A stretch of DNA of 64,000 nt from Candidatus Hydrogenedentota bacterium (GTDB lineage: Bacteria > Hydrogenedentota > Hydrogenedentia > Hydrogenedentales > JAEUWI01), in the NCBI GenBank assembly GCA_034669905.1, contig JAXMOL010000018.1:1-64000 (forward strand). Reading direction: 5' to 3'. Positions within the stretch are counted from its first letter, which is position 1. Each line of letters begins with the position of its first letter. Shown piece by piece: positions 60,500-64,000 of this stretch. The notes below the pieces were generated by a model, which was not told the origin of the DNA, ran no database searches, and saw only the letters and a list, made by a program, of their open reading frames with translations. The position numbers were made by a program, and so were the translations under genes.

Positions 60500-60994
60500 A
60501 TGAGCGACATCCCCCTTGAAGACCTGCACCAGATAGAATCGGCCCTGCGCGCCGGACAGAAGATTCAGGCCATCAAGTATTGCCGTGAGTCCACCGGCAT
60601 GGGCCTCAAAGAGGCCAAAGACGTTGTCGACGGCCTCGAAGGCATGTTGAAGCAGACTACCCCCGATTCCTTCCGCACCACGCCGCAAGGAAGCAACGCC
60701 TGGCAAGATGCGGTCGAAGGGGCACTGGGTGTCCAGGCAGAGAGTGGGAGCATGTCCCCCGAAACCGCCCATGCCATTACGGAGGCCCTCTTTGCTGGAC
60801 AGAAAATAGAGGCCATCAAGCGATACCGCGAATCCGCCGGTGGGGGTCTCAAAGAATCCAAAGAAGCCATGGACGCGCTGGAAAAGGCCCTCCGAGAGGA
60901 GTGTCCCCAGAAATTTCAATTCGCCGCCAGGCGCGGTTGCTTCGCTGTGTTGGTGGCTGGTGCCATGCTCATCGCCCTTGCGGGATGGGCGTGA
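60500..60994 (+). CDS. Protein with two tandem ribosomal L7/L12-CTD-like domains and a C-terminal TM anchor
   Basis: GQKIQAIKYCRESTGMGLKEAKDVVD and GQKIEAIKRYRESAGGGLKESKEAMD; tail RRGCFAVLVAGAMLIALAGWA. Confidence 0.8.
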   Translation: MSDIPLEDLHQIESALRAGQKIQAIKYCRESTGMGLKEAKDVVDGLEGMLKQTTPDSFRTTPQGSNAWQDAVEGALGVQAESGSMSPETAHAITEALFAGQKIEAIKRYRESAGGGLKESKEAMDALEKALREECPQKFQFAARRGCFAVLVAGAMLIALAGWA

Positions 60995-61009
60995 CGGGGG
61001 CGTCGTATG

Positions 61010-62290
61010 CTATCGAGACGTGCGGGGGAAACGCCAGGCCAGCACGAGTAAGGCGACGAGGCCAAGCAACACCGTCTCCCCGATGTGATTCTTGATGAGT
61101 AGTCCCGGCGTTTCGAGGGTCAGGTTGATGCCGCCGCCCTCAGGTGCAGGCGCGCGCTCTGCTGCCGCCACGACGGGTTCATTCTCCAAGGCGTCGGTAC
61201 CGAGGCCAAAACGCGTTTTCAATTCCTCCGTGCTCGCGCCACGACTGACCGCGGCGAGGATCAAATCCCCATCCTCCCGCTCCGCCGCAGCGCAGACGAT
61301 ATAAGAATCCGGGAAACGCTTCGCCCGCTCTTCCTGGTAATCATGCGCGTAGTAGACCCGGTTGCCCCGGGCTTCAAATTCGTGGACGTCGCGACAGATG
61401 GTCTCATAGCTGAGTGGATTCTCCCCGATCTCCAGAGCGATGTCCCCTGTCTTGCCACTCGCTTCCACAATGGGCTGGATAGTGGTGATCTGGTTTTCCA
61501 TCAGCAAGACGGTGGAATCCTTTCGAAGCGTGGGAAAGCCCGTCAGGTCGGAGATCTGGTTGCGACGCAAATAGATGCGCCGTACGGAGTCTATTTCGGA
61601 GAGGGGGGATATATCCGAGACCTGATTGTCGTCCAGATAGATGTCCTCGAGCGCATGAAGGTTCTTCAAGGGGGCCAAGCTGCGTATCTCATTGCGATTG
61701 GCCTGGAGTACGCGCAACTTCGTCAGCGGCGCGGCGAAGTTCAAATCGGTCAACGCCATGGAGTGCAGGTTGAGTTGCTCGAGACTTGTCAGGCCAGAGA
61801 GCGGGCTCAAATCCAAAAGCTTGATCCCACCCAGATTGATGGAGCGCAGCTTGCTGAGACCCTTAAGGGGCGAAAGGTCTTCCACGGGAATTTCTTGCAG
61901 ATTTAATTGGGTGAGATTGGTGAGTCCACGCAAGGGGGATAGATCGCTCACTTTTGTCCGGTAGAGCGAGAGGCTCTCCAACGCAGGCATCTTCGCGACA
62001 CAGGTGATGTCGGTGATGTCGTGCTCGTAGAACCGCAGTGACGTTAAATTAACGCAATGCTCCAACCCTGTAAGGTCACGGAGCTCCGAGCGTTGAAAGC
62101 TCAATTTGGTCAACCCGGCCAACTCGGCGGGCTCGATGGCACCCGTGGGCTTATTCAATTCCTCCCGGATTTGCGCCTCCAATAACGGGTCGGGAAAAAC
62201 GACACCCCCGTAAACCGGCACAACCATAACCAGTAGCAGACACAATAGCCCCCCGACGGGACGGTGGATACGCGAGAATGATAACGCCAT
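61010..62290 (-). CDS. Internalin-like leucine-rich repeat protein with signal peptide and C-terminal TM
   Basis: VVFPDPLLEAQIR cap; 22-aa repeats DLSPLxGLTxLxxLxL; C-terminal hydrophobic helix followed by basic residues. Confidence 0.9.
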   Translation of the reverse strand: MALSFSRIHRPVGGLLCLLLVMVVPVYGGVVFPDPLLEAQIREELNKPTGAIEPAELAGLTKLSFQRSELRDLTGLEHCVNLTSLRFYEHDITDITCVAKMPALESLSLYRTKVSDLSPLRGLTNLTQLNLQEIPVEDLSPLKGLSKLRSINLGGIKLLDLSPLSGLTSLEQLNLHSMALTDLNFAAPLTKLRVLQANRNEIRSLAPLKNLHALEDIYLDDNQVSDISPLSEIDSVRRIYLRRNQISDLTGFPTLRKDSTVLLMENQITTIQPIVEASGKTGDIALEIGENPLSYETICRDVHEFEARGNRVYYAHDYQEERAKRFPDSYIVCAAAEREDGDLILAAVSRGASTEELKTRFGLGTDALENEPVVAAAERAPAPEGGGINLTLETPGLLIKNHIGETVLLGLVALLVLAWRFPRTSR

Positions 62291-62756
62291 GGAACACACC
62301 CTTTCAGCCGCAATCTGTCGTTCAGTAGGTGGGGTGCGAAACAAACGAGCAGGTGGCCCGTCACGCGCCCCTTCGTAACAATAGAACAGTACTCCTTTCC
62401 CTGTCAACCTTCACGGCGTGACGAAATACCAGTCTCCCGAAGCGCCTGAATCCCTCGGCCCCCGATGGAGCGCCATCGACCCAGCGGCAGAGGGGGGGAC
62501 GCGCATTTCGAGTCGCTGGGGCATTTTCCTGAATCTTGACATGGGTAAAATCCATAGGGATACTATAGAAGTAGTTGATTTTGTGAAAGGTTTGGTTTTA
62601 TTGCGGCAGTCGATAAATTGCTTATCGGAACGGCAGGAGCAAATCAATGTGGGGTCCGAATGTCTGGGGGTGGAGTCGGGGTGTTCTCCCTCTACAGAAA
62701 ATGGGTTAACGGTGACTGTCACTATTTGATTCCATGCAGCGTCTATCACTATCGAA

Positions 62757-64000
62757 ATGACAGAAGACAAGAGCCTCACAGCTGTTTTCAAGCCGGAATA
62801 TACCCTTACGGTGGAAAAAGTGGGTGGCGGCGAAGTCAGTCCAGCCGTAACGCCGCCCCTCCATACCTATCGCGAAGACGAGGTGGTGACCCTTGGTGCC
62901 GCCGACACCGACGAATGGATTTTCGACCACTGGTCGGGGCATGCGTCGGGTTCCACCCCGTCGACCAGTGTGACCATGACGGCCAACCGCGCGGTGACGG
63001 CCCACTTCGTGGAGGGGGTGAAGATCACCGTGGAGACCGAAGGGTCGGGGTCCGTCTCGCCGGGCACCGATGTGTACTCCAAGGGCGGTACGCGTACCTT
63101 CACGGCCACCCCAGCGACGCCGGGGTGGCGTTGGGGCCATTGGGAAGGGGACCTGGCCGGAGAAGACCCCAACGATGCGTCGTTGGAGCTCCCCATGGAC
63201 CAGGCACGGACGATTACGGCGGTGTTTATCGAGCGGGTGACGCTGACGGTGAATAAGGACCTCACAGGGAATCTTCCGGCGGTTGGGGGGACGGTTTCGC
63301 CCGCCGAAGGGGACTATGAACACGATGTGGATACGCCGGTGTCCCTCTCCGCCGTGGCGGAGCCAGGTTGGCGTTTTAAGGAATGGACGGGGGCCATCAC
63401 GGGCACGAACCCCAATCCGCCTGCCCTCGTGTTGGATAGCGATAAAACGGTCACAGCCCACTTCGTCGAGCGGCACACGGTCACGTGGGCGACCATCTAC
63501 GACGGCGATGTCACGCCAAACAACAACAGCACGTGGGATCACGGCACGACGGTATCCTACGAGTGGGACAAACATAACCGCAAGGAAGAGGATTTCTCCC
63601 ATTGGGAGGGCCTCCCGGAAGATCAATTCCCCAGCGGCCCTTTCGGCCCCGGAACGGCCAGCAACGAGCGGATTTCCCTGACCATCAACGACGCCTACCA
63701 TTTGGAGGCGTATGATGAAAGTCAGCTCGTTACGCTCACGGCAGATGTGGACGCGGAGGGCTGCGCGGGCTGTAGTGTCGACCCGGAGACGGAGGAGTAT
63801 GTTAAGGACGACGTGGCCACTGTGACGGCCACAGCGGGCGCCGGTTGGACCTTCGACCACTGGGAAGGCGACGTGCCCGCGGGTGACGAAGAAGACAATC
63901 CGTTGAATTTGACGATGGACGACGACAAAGATATTGAGGCGGTGTTTAAGCAGTTGTACGAGCTCGAGATTTCGCAGGATGGATTGGGAAGTGTAGATCC
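62757..64000 (+). CDS. Partial (runs off window end), apparently 5'-truncated protein of tandem divergent InlB B-repeats (Flg_new-like)
   Basis: Absent from the ORF track. Manual translation: MTEDKSLTAVFKPEYTLTVEKVGGGEVSP...WIFDHWSG...VTMTANRAVTAHF...GWRWGHWEGD...GWRFKEWTG...GWTFDHWEGD...MDDDKDIEAVF. Confidence 0.8.
   Translation, partial: MTEDKSLTAVFKPEYTLTVEKVGGGEVSPAVTPPLHTYREDEVVTLGAADTDEWIFDHWSGHASGSTPSTSVTMTANRAVTAHFVEGVKITVETEGSGSVSPGTDVYSKGGTRTFTATPATPGWRWGHWEGDLAGEDPNDASLELPMDQARTITAVFIERVTLTVNKDLTGNLPAVGGTVSPAEGDYEHDVDTPVSLSAVAEPGWRFKEWTGAITGTNPNPPALVLDSDKTVTAHFVERHTVTWATIYDGDVTPNNNSTWDHGTTVSYEWDKHNRKEEDFSHWEGLPEDQFPSGPFGPGTASNERISLTINDAYHLEAYDESQLVTLTADVDAEGCAGCSVDPETEEYVKDDVATVTATAGAGWTFDHWEGDVPAGDEEDNPLNLTMDDDKDIEAVFKQLYELEISQDGLGSVD

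Noticed and set aside
60500..60994. rplL (true ribosomal L7/L12)
   Set aside because: No N-terminal dimerisation domain or hinge, duplicated CTD, TM tail, and not next to rplJ/rpoB.
62418..62729. ORF in frame with the B-repeat gene; possible TGA read-through or selenocysteine
   Set aside because: No signal peptide or repeat motifs, atypical composition, and no convincing SECIS-like hairpin; truncation is the simpler explanation.

Overview
GC-rich bacterial chromosomal window with about 50 CDSs. I found no rRNA, tRNA, CRISPR array, integrase, transposase or phage module. The gene repertoire includes Glu-Gly (EG)n surface-protein linkers, DUF1501/DUF1553 pairs, H-X9-DG-CTERM pilin-like proteins, many BNR/sialidase-like propellers, a sulfatase, DUF1080 proteins, and internalin-type LRR and InlB B-repeat proteins. 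This points to Ca. Hydrogenedentota or a similar PVC-like polysaccharide degrader (inference). Housekeeping genes are fabI, cspA, prpB-prpC, infC-rpmI-rplT-hisA, gluQ, lctP and a dauA-like SulP. Main points of interest: (1) A cobalamin riboswitch controls a partial surface protein, missed by the ORF track, whose N-terminal domain resembles Bacteroides BtuH-type B12-binding domains. (2) A 2,397-bp-offset tandem cassette pairs an H-X9-DG pilin-like gene with a secreted protein; the junction is conserved but the passenger domains are unrelated. (3) A BNR propeller forms an operon with a ubiquitin-like MoaD/ThiS (GG-ending) protein. (4) infC starts at ATA behind an L20-leader attenuator, and hisA is translationally coupled to rplT. 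(5) A candidate attenuator precedes the DUF1854-linked ABC transporter. (6) At least five unrelated REP/MITE-like palindrome families occur, two of them at gene duplication or truncation breakpoints. All family calls come from motif recognition by eye, not from database searches.
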